64,000 nucleotides of DNA from an uncultured candidatus Porisulfidus sp. (GTDB taxonomy: Bacteria > Pseudomonadota > Gammaproteobacteria > Poriferisulfidales > Poriferisulfidaceae), in contig CBDASZ010000002.1 in the NCBI GenBank assembly GCA_965199755.1, positions 224,001 through 288,000 on the forward strand, read 5' to 3'. Within the stretch, counting starts at the first letter, position 1. Each line of letters begins with the position of its first letter. Below are positions 17,400 to 26,722 of this stretch, in pieces. The notes beneath the pieces are model-generated. The model saw only the letters and a list, made by a program, of their open reading frames with translations, did not search any database and was not told the DNA's origin. Made by a program: the position numbers and the translations under genes.

Positions 17400-18908
17400 A
17401 TGAATACCCGCGCTCTTGCCGCCCTCCCGCTCGCCCTCCTCACGGCCTGCAGCACCCCGGACATCGCACCAGTCGAGGTGGCGCGCCCGGAACCTCTGGC
17501 GATCCCGGAGCCCACTGCCGCCGTGACCAATGCGCCGCGCCCGTTCGTGCGCGTGCGCCAGACGCCGGACCCGCGTCCCGGCCTCACCATCACCCTCAAT
17601 CTGCAGGAAGCCACGCTGGCGGAGTGTTTAAGTCGCGCCGACCCGCGTCTGAACGTGGTGCCCACCACCGCCGATGTGGACCTGACACGCCGCTACGACG
17701 TGCGCGTCAATGAACTCAGCATGTCTCAGTACCTGAAGTTTCTCGAAGGCATCACCGGCTACGCGCTGGAACTGGATTCCGAGGAGCACATCCTGCACGT
17801 GCTCGCCTATCTGGGTCGCTCCTGGGACGTCAGCACTTTCGCCGGACATGGACAGGCCCGAATGCAGGTCGGCGCATCCGTGTCCCTGAGTTCCGGCTCT
17901 GCTGGCGATGAGGAAGGAGGCGACGAAGGCGATAGCGCCGAGAACTCCGGCTCAGCCATCGTGACTTACGACCATCAGGACCTGCCCTGGGATGATCTGC
18001 TGCACAACGCCCGCGCGATTCTGGGGCTTGACAATGTCGCGCTCGGCCCCGACCACACCGGCCACAGTTGGCTGGTCGCCGATCGACGCCTCGGTCTGCT
18101 ACGCGCCTACGGCCCGGTCGCGCAGATCCAGCAACTTGACACCTGGCTGAACGAACAAATACGCCGCGGCGCGCGACAGGTGTTGCTGGCCGTCGCGATT
18201 CTGGATGTCACCCGCGAGAAAGGCGACAGCAGCGGACTGGATCTGGATCTGCTGTATCAACGCATGGATCGCTACGTGCAATTGCAGCGCACCACGCCCA
18301 ACAACCTGAGCTTCACTACGCCCGGCGGTGCCTGGCAAGTTAACGCGGCGCTGGAGTTCGGACGCTGGAGCCTGAATGCGATCGTGCATCAGTTATCGCA
18401 GCAAGGCACCGTCACGATTCGCAGCGATCCCATCTTCACTGTGATCAACGGCATGACCACCTTTCTCGCCGATGGAGAGGAAGTCAGTTTCATCGCCAAC
18501 ACTGATCTCAGTCTGGGCCAGAACAACAGCCAGCCCCTTTTGTCGACCGAGTTCGAGCACATCCGGGTCGGCTTTCGCATCGCCGTCACTCCGCGCATGC
18601 GCCAGGACGGCACCATTCTGGTCGAGGTGGTGCCGGTACTGTCCTCGATTCGCTCACAGACCAGTTTCGATACCGGCGTCTCCACCGTGGTGCGTCCGAA
18701 CATCGCGATTCAGGAAATGGCCACACTTGCGATCACCCGAAGCGGCAAGCCAATCCTGCTCGGCGGCCTGATCCAAAGCCGCATGCGCGAAGCCTCGCAT
18801 CGCCTGCCCTGCGACCACTTCCTGTGCGATGTGTTCGCTTCCGCTACGGTCGAACAAGGCAACCGAGAATTGATGATCGTTATCACGCCGATTGAGGTGG
18901 CCATCTGA
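17400..18908 (+). CDS. Lipoprotein secretin (PilN/BfpB/MshL-like)
   Basis: Lipobox LLTAC; Ser/Gly/acidic insert; secretin core RQVLLAVAILDV, VGFRIAVTP, SGKPILLGGLI, ELMIVITP. Confidence 0.9.
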   Translation: MNTRALAALPLALLTACSTPDIAPVEVARPEPLAIPEPTAAVTNAPRPFVRVRQTPDPRPGLTITLNLQEATLAECLSRADPRLNVVPTTADVDLTRRYDVRVNELSMSQYLKFLEGITGYALELDSEEHILHVLAYLGRSWDVSTFAGHGQARMQVGASVSLSSGSAGDEEGGDEGDSAENSGSAIVTYDHQDLPWDDLLHNARAILGLDNVALGPDHTGHSWLVADRRLGLLRAYGPVAQIQQLDTWLNEQIRRGARQVLLAVAILDVTREKGDSSGLDLDLLYQRMDRYVQLQRTTPNNLSFTTPGGAWQVNAALEFGRWSLNAIVHQLSQQGTVTIRSDPIFTVINGMTTFLADGEEVSFIANTDLSLGQNNSQPLLSTEFEHIRVGFRIAVTPRMRQDGTILVEVVPVLSSIRSQTSFDTGVSTVVRPNIAIQEMATLAITRSGKPILLGGLIQSRMREASHRLPCDHFLCDVFASATVEQGNRELMIVITPIEVAI

Positions 18909-19771
18909 TGATTCCGCTGCACACCCCGACCCGCATCGGCCCGATTGACGTCGTGCTGGTCGACGATCTGGTGCTGAGCCACATCGCGCCCAATCTGGAG
19001 AATCAGCTTATGTCCATCACCTCACCCGACAGCGAGTTGCCGCTTTATGTGGAGCGCAGTCAGGTCGAGACGCTGTCCGAACAACATCCGCACCTGCCTC
19101 TCTACGGCTTGTGGCAGGTCATGCTCGCCTCCCAATGTATCCCGTCAGATACCGGGCTGTACCAGATTCGCACCAATCATCCATCACACCCGAAACGCTA
19201 TTTGATGCGCGAGGAGAACGGGGCCTACAGCGGCTGGGTTACGGAAGACAGCCTGATCGACACCGCCATGGCACAGCAGGATGCGCCTGAACCGGTCACG
19301 CTGGAACTGGAGATGGCCGCCTTGCGGCTGCCGTCCCAGCCGATTCAGACCCTGCGCCAGCAACACGCCCAGCAACGCCGTGCCTGGCGTCAAAGCATGA
19401 TGCTGCTCGGCTTCATCGTGTTGACGGGAACTTTCGCCGGGGTCGCTGCCGACCGGGTGCTGCATCATCGCCACACCGCGCATCTGAATCAGGCCACGGC
19501 ACTGCAGGAACAGGCGGCGGCGCTGCAAGGCACGCTGCAGCAACTGAACCGACAAGGACGCATCGAGGTCTTCGAGCAAAGCCGCCAGCTGGAGCAACTG
19601 ATCCTGCTGGCGCGGCACACACAGTCGGTTGAAGTGCCGCAAACTTCCCTGCTCTCCGCAGAGCGTATGCACGCCATCATTCGTGCGCCGCGAGCCCCGG
19701 AAGCTCCTCCGGGAATTCCGATTCACAGCGCTATTCATCAGCCCGATGCCTCGCTTCATGTCCGCTGGTAA
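18908..19771 (+). CDS. Pilus alignment/accessory protein (PilO/GspL-like by position)
   Basis: Cytoplasmic domain, one TM helix, then coiled coil; TGATG-coupled to the secretin. Confidence 0.6.
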   Translation: MIPLHTPTRIGPIDVVLVDDLVLSHIAPNLENQLMSITSPDSELPLYVERSQVETLSEQHPHLPLYGLWQVMLASQCIPSDTGLYQIRTNHPSHPKRYLMREENGAYSGWVTEDSLIDTAMAQQDAPEPVTLELEMAALRLPSQPIQTLRQQHAQQRRAWRQSMMLLGFIVLTGTFAGVAADRVLHHRHTAHLNQATALQEQAAALQGTLQQLNRQGRIEVFEQSRQLEQLILLARHTQSVEVPQTSLLSAERMHAIIRAPRAPEAPPGIPIHSAIHQPDASLHVRW

Positions 19772-20255
19772 CGCATGGCCGCGGCGCATGCTGGTGGTAC
19801 TGATTGCTGTCATAAGTTCCGGTAGCATCAGCGCCGGGGTGCTGGTACGTGATGCCGCGCGAGAAAGTGTGAATCTGGACGGGCTTGCGGCGCACGTCTC
19901 ACGGTTGCAGCAACGGCATGAACGGCTGCAGCAAATGCCGCCGAGTCAACCCATCCACTGGCAGATCCACCGCCTGCGGGCGCTGGCCCAGACGCTCCCG
20001 GACATCACCGCGTTTCAGGTCGTGGCCGCGGACCCTGACACCTACTCGCCAGAACTGGCCGAGCATATCGGTCAATTCGGCGGAACCGTCTGGAAGATTG
20101 CCGCGAAAGGCTCCCTGCTGTCGCTGGCGTCACTGTGCCGCACATCACACCATGAAATTCCACTGATTGTGGACTCAGTGCACGCCAACAATGGCACCGC
20201 GCATGTACTCCTTTACGTGCTCGGTGCACCTGCCGATCCGGCGGAGAATATCTGA
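19758..20255 (+). CDS. Pilus accessory bitopic membrane protein
   Basis: N-terminal TM plus coiled coil plus small periplasmic domain; overlaps both neighbours. Confidence 0.6.
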   Translation: MSAGNAWPRRMLVVLIAVISSGSISAGVLVRDAARESVNLDGLAAHVSRLQQRHERLQQMPPSQPIHWQIHRLRALAQTLPDITAFQVVAADPDTYSPELAEHIGQFGGTVWKIAAKGSLLSLASLCRTSHHEIPLIVDSVHANNGTAHVLLYVLGAPADPAENI

Positions 20256-20722
20256 TGCGCACGGCCTTGACTCTACTTTTGCTGCTAGCCGGAAGCGCTC
20301 TGGCAAACGGCCTGCCCAAACAGCCGGACGCCGCGCGCATCCTGCACGAGGCGGAAGCCCATCTGCGCAAACTGCAGCGCCTGAACGAGGCCGATACCCT
20401 GCTTGATGTACAGTTGAAGATCGCCAAGAAACTGGCGGAATGCCAGCAAACCGGCTATTCGTGTGCCACACTCGAAGGGCCTCACACCGCGCCGGAGACG
20501 GCACCGAACACCAGCGCGGCCACTTCCCCCTACGCCCTGCCGCAACTACTCGCCACCTATCAGGGCCGCGCGCAAATTCGCACCAGTGACGGCCGCTTGC
20601 TGGAAATACAACCCGGAACGCAACTTGGCCCGTGGACCGTCCGGCAGATCGCCGTGGACTTCATCTCCCTGCGCAACACCGCCGGAGAACAGTTGCGCCT
20701 GCCGCTGGAGCGCCAGCCATGA
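20255..20722 (+). CDS. PilP-like pilus biogenesis protein
   Basis: Signal peptide, coiled coil, Pro/Thr linker and beta-rich C-domain (LEIQPGTQLGPWTVRQI). Confidence 0.65.
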   Translation: MRTALTLLLLLAGSALANGLPKQPDAARILHEAEAHLRKLQRLNEADTLLDVQLKIAKKLAECQQTGYSCATLEGPHTAPETAPNTSAATSPYALPQLLATYQGRAQIRTSDGRLLEIQPGTQLGPWTVRQIAVDFISLRNTAGEQLRLPLERQP

Positions 20723-22425
20723 GCTCGCTGCCGCAACGCACCCGCACACAGTTCGAGGCGGTCCGTCAAGCCTTGATCGTCGCCGGCGCGCTGCCGTCCA
20801 ATGCCTTGCAACTCAGCTGCCCGGATACCGCTGATGCCATCATTCCGCGCCTGCTGCGCACCGGGGCCGATGCCGAATCGATCAGTCTGGCGCTATCAAC
20901 CGTGTTCGGACTACCGCTGTATGTGGAAGGCGTGCATGGCGCTTTGGAATATGCCGAGCATGAGACGGTGGGCTGGGCCGACGGGCGCATCTTTGTGTCG
21001 GACCCGTTCGCCTGTGAGGTGCTGATTCGCAACCCGCAACTCGCGCTGCCCGAAGAATGGCTGCGCCATTATCAAGGTGATATTGGACTGCTGCCCATCC
21101 CGGCGCACACCCACACTCTGGAGGCGCACGAAGCATCATCCTCACATGAGGCCGAGCGCATCCTGAATGAATGGATCGAACTGGCCATCGAGCATCGCGC
21201 CAGCGACATTCATATCACGCCGCGCGACAACGATTCCGTAGAAATCAAGATTCGGCGCAATGGCATGCTGCAGACCGTGCGCGAAGAGCGCATGACGATG
21301 TCGGAGAAATGCAACTACCGGCTGATTTCCAATACCTTGCTAAGCCTGTCCGGCAACCAGCATGGCGTCTACAATACCCCGCGGGACGGCAATATGGAAT
21401 TGCCGCTGCGCGGCCGCCTGTTTTTCATTCGCGTCAATATGTCGCCGGTCACCATCGGGCGGCGCATCTGGGGATCCTTCACGCTGCGCATCGTCGGCGG
21501 CTACCAGCACACCGTGCAGACGCTGGAGCAACTGGCACTGCCGCCGACCTATGTCCGCAACCTACACCGCGTCGCCGAGCGCAACAGCGGACTGTTTCTG
21601 CTGACCGGCCCCACCGGTTCCGGCAAGACCACCACGTTTTACGCGGTGATCATGGAGATTCTGCGGCGCACCAAAAATCAGGTGTCGGTCAAAACGCTGG
21701 AAGATCCGATCGAAGTGCAGGTGCCGGGGATTGACCAGATCCAGATCAATTCTGACATCGGCATGAGTTACGCCGCCGGACTGCGCGCCTTGCTGCGGGC
21801 CGACCCAGACGTCATCCTGATCGGGGAGATTCGAGACGAGGAAACCGCCGCGCTGGCCGCCCGCGCCAGTCTGACCGGGCATCTGGTGCTGTCGACGCTG
21901 CACACCCAAAACAGCCTCGGTGCCATCGATCGCCTGCGCAATCTTGGCGTCAGCTCGCACCTGATCGCCGACACCCTCACCGCGGTCGGCGCGCAACGCC
22001 TGGCGCGTCAGGTGTGCCCGTCCTGTGTGCGCCATGGTCGCGACACGGCCAGCGAAGACGCCTGTCAGCGGCTGAGCCTGCCGTATCACCAGTCCTGGCC
22101 GCTGGCGAACCCGGACGGTTGCGAGCAGTGCGCTTACAGCGGGTACCGCGGCCGCGCCTGCCTCTCTGAAACCCTGAACATCACACCCACGCTGGCCGAT
22201 GGCATCAACCGCGGCGACAGTCTGCGCGACCTGTATGAGGCCGCAACTGATGAGGGCTTTGAGGATTTCTGGACCCAGGCCGAACAGCAAGTGCGTGACG
22301 GACACACCAGCTGGGCGGAATGTCTGCGTGTGCTGCCCGGTCGCTTTCGCGAAACAGTCACCCCCGCGACATCCAGTCGCACCCTTCCCTTCCCTTTTCA
22401 AATTATGGAGAACCAAGCCGTATGA
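20719..22425 (+). CDS. Type IV filament assembly ATPase (PilQ/GspE/PilB family)
   Basis: Motifs ASDIHI, Walker A GPTGSGKTT, TLEDPIE, DPDVILIGEIRD, TGHLVLSTLH, tetracysteine CPSC...CEQC. Confidence 0.95.
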   Translation: MSSLPQRTRTQFEAVRQALIVAGALPSNALQLSCPDTADAIIPRLLRTGADAESISLALSTVFGLPLYVEGVHGALEYAEHETVGWADGRIFVSDPFACEVLIRNPQLALPEEWLRHYQGDIGLLPIPAHTHTLEAHEASSSHEAERILNEWIELAIEHRASDIHITPRDNDSVEIKIRRNGMLQTVREERMTMSEKCNYRLISNTLLSLSGNQHGVYNTPRDGNMELPLRGRLFFIRVNMSPVTIGRRIWGSFTLRIVGGYQHTVQTLEQLALPPTYVRNLHRVAERNSGLFLLTGPTGSGKTTTFYAVIMEILRRTKNQVSVKTLEDPIEVQVPGIDQIQINSDIGMSYAAGLRALLRADPDVILIGEIRDEETAALAARASLTGHLVLSTLHTQNSLGAIDRLRNLGVSSHLIADTLTAVGAQRLARQVCPSCVRHGRDTASEDACQRLSLPYHQSWPLANPDGCEQCAYSGYRGRACLSETLNITPTLADGINRGDSLRDLYEAATDEGFEDFWTQAEQQVRDGHTSWAECLRVLPGRFRETVTPATSSRTLPFPFQIMENQAV

Positions 22426-22886
22426 CTTATCCCACTTCTCAGCGCCGGCGCTCGCAGACCGGTTTCACCCTGCCGGAAATTCTCGCCGTGATTGCGCTGC
22501 TCAGTGTCCTGATCTCGGTCATCACCACGAATTTTGGCAATGCCTCCCGGGATTTGACGCTCACCAGTAGCAAGGACACGCTGCTGAATGACATTCCCGC
22601 CGCCATGATGTCCTATCGCGCCATCAACGGCAGCCTCACTGGCCTGACCAAGTCCGACATCACCGACACCGGCGTGCCAGCATCCAGCCCTGATGGCGAT
22701 GCCTGGACAGTCGGCACTGTCAACACCCGCAGTGCCGTTATCAACTGGCTGTTGTCCAACGCGGACAATCCTGATGATTTCGCCAATGACCTGACGGCCA
22801 GCCTGACGACAAACGGTTCAACCATTTCCGCCTCCACCTACACCAGCAGCAGTAAAACGCTGGCGGTGACCTACGCGATCCCCTGA
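22422..22886 (+). CDS. Major pilin candidate (PilS-like)
   Basis: Class III signal QTG|FTLPEILAVIALLSVLI; Ser/Thr-rich globular head; GGAGA RBS. Confidence 0.88.
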   Translation: MTYPTSQRRRSQTGFTLPEILAVIALLSVLISVITTNFGNASRDLTLTSSKDTLLNDIPAAMMSYRAINGSLTGLTKSDITDTGVPASSPDGDAWTVGTVNTRSAVINWLLSNADNPDDFANDLTASLTTNGSTISASTYTSSSKTLAVTYAIP

Positions 22887-22888
22887 GC

Positions 22889-24034
22889 ATGACGCTGTAT
22901 TCCGTCCGCATTCTGTCGCCCTCCGGCAATACCGCCACACTGGCCATCGACGCGCACAGTGTGGAGGCGGTGCGCCAGCATCCCACGCTGGCGCGCCAAC
23001 AGATCGTATCGGTGCGGCGGCACTGGCAGGAATGGCTCGGACTGCGCCGCACCGACCCGAACGAACAGCGCCTGCTGTTGATGCGCATGGCCAGTCAGTT
23101 GATGCGCGGGCGGCTCAGTGCCACCGACCTTGAACAGATCATTGACCGGCTGCCAAGCCTGAGGCGCAACCGGCGGGCGCGCCCGAAGTACAGCCTAACC
23201 GGACTCGCGCCGCATGAAATCCTGTTGCACCTGAACTGTCACCCGTTCGCTATCGCGCTGTGTCGGGAAGGCGAGCAACTCGGTCAGGTGCCCGAACTGC
23301 TGCTGCAAGGCGCACAATTCCTGGAACAGCAGCGCCACATCAAAAAGCAACTGCACGGCCCACTGTTTAAGTCCTGTCTGTATCTCGGCACCACCCTAGG
23401 ATTGCTGATCGTGACCCCGCTGTTGTTCCAGACGCTGCTCGACAACCTCGCGACACGCGTTGTCATTCAGACCAATCTCGCCACCGAGATTCTGAGCGGA
23501 CTCAACATGGCGCTGACCGACTTCCTGCCATTGACGCTGGCCGCGCTGGTGGCGATGGTGGCGCTGGGCCGGACTGGATGGGTACAACTACGGCGCTGGC
23601 CGGTGGTGCAGGATTTCGACGGTCTGATCCGCGCGCGGCGCGCTTCGGTGTTGTTGTCAGTATTGATCCCGTCCTTTCGCAAGGGCGTGCATCTGGCGGA
23701 CCTAATGCGCTCTTTAAGTCCGCTGTTGGGCCGGCGCGCAAGCCACTATCTGTACACCCAGTTGAATACCGGACATCGCCTGTCGCAAAGTCTCACCGAG
23801 ACCTACTTCAGCGAAACTCTGGTAGTCGGTCTCAGCCAGTTTGAAGACGTCCCGGACACCCGGCTGCCGACCGTGTTCGACACCGTGAAATCCAATCTTG
23901 AGGAAGAAATCAGCTGGCGGCTGGAGCGCATCGTGCGCGTGATGCAATGGCTGTACATGGGCTTGCTGATGGGGCTGTTGCTGCTTTTGATTCAGGGCTT
24001 TTTAGTGCCCCTGTACTCCATTAGCGTGACATGA
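22889..24034 (+). CDS. Inner-membrane platform protein (PilR/GspF/PilC family)
   Basis: Three TM segments; GEQLGQVPELL motif; C-terminal FLVPLY. Confidence 0.88.
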   Translation: MTLYSVRILSPSGNTATLAIDAHSVEAVRQHPTLARQQIVSVRRHWQEWLGLRRTDPNEQRLLLMRMASQLMRGRLSATDLEQIIDRLPSLRRNRRARPKYSLTGLAPHEILLHLNCHPFAIALCREGEQLGQVPELLLQGAQFLEQQRHIKKQLHGPLFKSCLYLGTTLGLLIVTPLLFQTLLDNLATRVVIQTNLATEILSGLNMALTDFLPLTLAALVAMVALGRTGWVQLRRWPVVQDFDGLIRARRASVLLSVLIPSFRKGVHLADLMRSLSPLLGRRASHYLYTQLNTGHRLSQSLTETYFSETLVVGLSQFEDVPDTRLPTVFDTVKSNLEEEISWRLERIVRVMQWLYMGLLMGLLLLLIQGFLVPLYSISVT

Positions 24035-24270
24035 AGCACCCCTCGCAACGCGGCTTCACGCTGCCGGAGATGATCGGGGTCATCTCGCTGGTCGCGATTA
24101 TGCTAGGCCTGTTCGCCAGCGCCGCCACTTCGCGATGGGTCGCCGTGCAAGCGCGCATCGATCAGCGGGCAGTGGTCGAAAGTACCGCCACAGTGCAGCG
24201 CGGTGATCTGCGCATTCCCCTGTGGCGCGCAATGGAATTGCGCCGGCAACACGAGGCGGAAAACCCATGA
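24031..24270 (+). CDS. Short minor pilin
   Basis: QRG|FTLPEMIGVISLVAIML class III signal; 79 aa; ATGA overlaps at both ends. Confidence 0.8.
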   Translation: MKHPSQRGFTLPEMIGVISLVAIMLGLFASAATSRWVAVQARIDQRAVVESTATVQRGDLRIPLWRAMELRRQHEAENP

Positions 24271-25139
24271 TGCAACGGAGAATACCCGCCGCGCGCCAGC
24301 GCGGCTTCAGTCTGCTGGAACTGGCCATCAGCATCCTGCTGTTCTCCATGCTCATCGGCAGCGTGCAGTTGAGTTTCACCCGACGCATGTCGCAAGAACT
24401 GCAACTGGATCAGGCGGAACAAGCGGCCGGGCAGATGTATCGGCTGGCGAACGCGGCGCAGCACTATGAGATTCAGAATGGCGAATGGCCGGACGAACTG
24501 ATGCAGTGCGTGGGGGCCTGGACGGTGCTCGAAAGCGACGGGTTGCTGAACACCACGGGGATGACTTCGCCATATCAGGACGCTCAGGGACGGGTTCAGA
24601 AATACACAACAGCCTGTGTGCAACCGACCCATTTCCGCGTCTCGATCACCACCGAAAGTGTGGATCACGCCGCGCGGCTTGCGCAGAAAATTCCCACCGC
24701 CACCACCGTCAACCGCAGAGTGGTGGTGCGTTATCCTCGAGCGGCCGCGGTTGGCAACGACGGCGACTTTCTGCCGCTGGACGGCTCGGCACGCCCCACC
24801 GACACGCTGGACTTCGGCAATCAGTACGTGTTCGGCGTCAAGGACATTCTGGCGACCAGCGGGCAGACCCTGCTCAATTCGGTGCAGCACGTCACCACCG
24901 CGAGGCCCGGCGACAAGATCACCAAGCCGGCCTGTCCGGGCCAGATGCAGCCGCATATTTTCACCGCGCTCAATCGGGTGCAAACCTCCAGCGGGCGGCC
25001 GCTGCACGCCATTCAGTTGCCGGCGGAGGACAACGGCGACAGCTGGACTGTGGACGCGGTAGTCACCGGCTCAGGCGGTGATGAAACGGTTTCTTCTAGT
25101 GATGCAAGCATCACTGTTTTCGTTAAATGCTCTTACTAA
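24267..25139 (+). CDS. PilV-like tip/minor pilin adhesin
   Basis: QRG|FSLLELAISILL; long helix; FLPLDGS beta segment; C-terminal KPACPG...C domain as in PilV-type tips. Confidence 0.78.
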   Translation: MMQRRIPAARQRGFSLLELAISILLFSMLIGSVQLSFTRRMSQELQLDQAEQAAGQMYRLANAAQHYEIQNGEWPDELMQCVGAWTVLESDGLLNTTGMTSPYQDAQGRVQKYTTACVQPTHFRVSITTESVDHAARLAQKIPTATTVNRRVVVRYPRAAAVGNDGDFLPLDGSARPTDTLDFGNQYVFGVKDILATSGQTLLNSVQHVTTARPGDKITKPACPGQMQPHIFTALNRVQTSSGRPLHAIQLPAEDNGDSWTVDAVVTGSGGDETVSSSDASITVFVKCSY

Positions 25140-25156
25140 AAGGAGAATGATTCACT

Positions 25157-25558
25157 ATGAAAGAACTGACTATTGCTCTGGTGTTACTCGCCGGCTTCCT
25201 CGGCATCACGCAAACGGCTTTGGCCGCACAGCCGCTGACGTACGCGCAGTGCATCCGCATGGAACTCACCGACAACGCCTGTCATCGGCGCATCGCCTCG
25301 GCCGGCGGCACCTCCCGGTCCGCGCCACGAACCGCTCAGGACGTCATGGTTGTGGAGGAGCCTGACCCAGATTCAAACGAAAACACCGAGCCAGTGATCG
25401 TCATCAAGGACCCGGACGGGAAAACCGCCAAGGATCGGTGGTACGATCAATATGTTCTGTACGCCCGTGACTATGGCGCGAGAGTGGAGCCCAAAAGCGT
25501 CGCGCTTCGGTACTACCCGAACTATCCGCCGATGCGACCCGCTTACGGCTTTCGCTGA
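25157..25558 (+). CDS. Secreted hypothetical protein, last gene of pilus operon
   Basis: Strong AAAGGAGA RBS; Sec signal ending ALA; two Cys. Confidence 0.75.
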   Translation: MKELTIALVLLAGFLGITQTALAAQPLTYAQCIRMELTDNACHRRIASAGGTSRSAPRTAQDVMVVEEPDPDSNENTEPVIVIKDPDGKTAKDRWYDQYVLYARDYGARVEPKSVALRYYPNYPPMRPAYGFR

Positions 25559-25561
25559 ACA

Positions 25562-25596
25562 GCGCTTGTGACCCTAGGGACGCCTGGGTCAGCGCC
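25562..25596. terminator. Hairpin between convergent pilus operon and ychF
   Basis: GCGCT..TGACCC-loop-GGGTCAGCGC inverted repeat; no clear U-tract. Confidence 0.4.
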
Positions 25597-25627
25597 ACAC
25601 GGGCTCCGGCACCCCACCATATCTGAA

Positions 25628-26722
25628 CTAGACGTTGAAACGAAAGTGGATGACGTCGGCTTCCTGCACTTCGTACTCGCGCCCCTCCGTGCGGCATTTG
25701 CCAGCACCGCGCGCACCAGCTTCACCGCCGCAGTCCACATAATCTTCATAGCCGATCACTTCCGCGCAAATAAAGCCGCGCCCGAAGTCCGTATGAATCA
25801 GGCCGGCCGCCGCCGGTGCCAGAGTGCCGCGGCGCACCGTCCACGCTCGCGCCTCTTTGGGGCCAACCGTGAAGAACGTCATGCAGTCCAGCAGTTGATA
25901 GCCGGCGCGCACCACCCGATCCAGACCCGGCTCGGACAGTCCCAGTTCCTGCAAGAAACTCTGACGACTCGGCGTGTCGAGTTGCGCGATTTCCGCCTCT
26001 AACGCCGCGCACACCACCAGCACTTCGGCGCGAACGTCGCGCAGATGCGCACACAGGCGCGAGACCATTTCTGATTCTTCGGCAAGCCCCGCCTCATCCA
26101 CGTTGGCCACATACATCATCGGCTTGGCGCTCAGCAAACAGAGTTCTGCGATGTGTTCGGCTTGCGTCTCATCAAGGGACTGCGCACGCACCGCGATGCC
26201 ATCATCCACGCCTTGCGCCACCGCCTCCAGTGTGCGCAGTACGGCCTGCGCTTCCTTCGCATTGATTTTCAGCTGTCGGCGCACCCGTTCCAACGCCCGC
26301 TCCAGCGTGCCGAGATCCGCGAGTAGCAATTCGGTCTGGATGATCTCACAATCGCGCACCGGGTCCACCGTGCCGGCGACATGCGTGACGTCATCCGCCT
26401 CAAAACAGCGCACCACCTGGGCGATCGCATCCGCCTCGCGGATATGCGCCAGAAACTTGTTGCCCAGCCCTTCGCCCTGCGCCGCGCCACTCACCAGACC
26501 GGCAATATCCACAAATTCAACAGTGGCCGGCAGCTGCTGCTCGGAATGCGCCAGCGCCGCCAGTTCCCCAAGGCGCGTATCCGGCACCGGCACCACGCCA
26601 ATATTCGGCTCAATCGTGCAAAACGGATAATTCTGCGCCGCCGCCTCACTGCAGGTCAGCGCATTAAACAACGTGGACTTGCCGACATTGGGCAGTCCCA
26701 CAATGCCGCATTTCAGGCTCAT
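25628..26722 (-). CDS. ychF: Redox-regulated ATPase YchF
   Basis: Motifs GIVGLPNVGKSTLFN, NYPFCTIEPN, GEGLGNKFL, IHTDF, FRFNV. Confidence 0.98.
   Translation of the reverse strand: MSLKCGIVGLPNVGKSTLFNALTCSEAAAQNYPFCTIEPNIGVVPVPDTRLGELAALAHSEQQLPATVEFVDIAGLVSGAAQGEGLGNKFLAHIREADAIAQVVRCFEADDVTHVAGTVDPVRDCEIIQTELLLADLGTLERALERVRRQLKINAKEAQAVLRTLEAVAQGVDDGIAVRAQSLDETQAEHIAELCLLSAKPMMYVANVDEAGLAEESEMVSRLCAHLRDVRAEVLVVCAALEAEIAQLDTPSRQSFLQELGLSEPGLDRVVRAGYQLLDCMTFFTVGPKEARAWTVRRGTLAPAAAGLIHTDFGRGFICAEVIGYEDYVDCGGEAGARGAGKCRTEGREYEVQEADVIHFRFNV

Noticed and set aside
24267-25627. Shufflon downstream of the PilV-like gene
   Set aside because: No repeated sfx-like sites, alternative inverted C-terminal cassettes or Rci recombinase.
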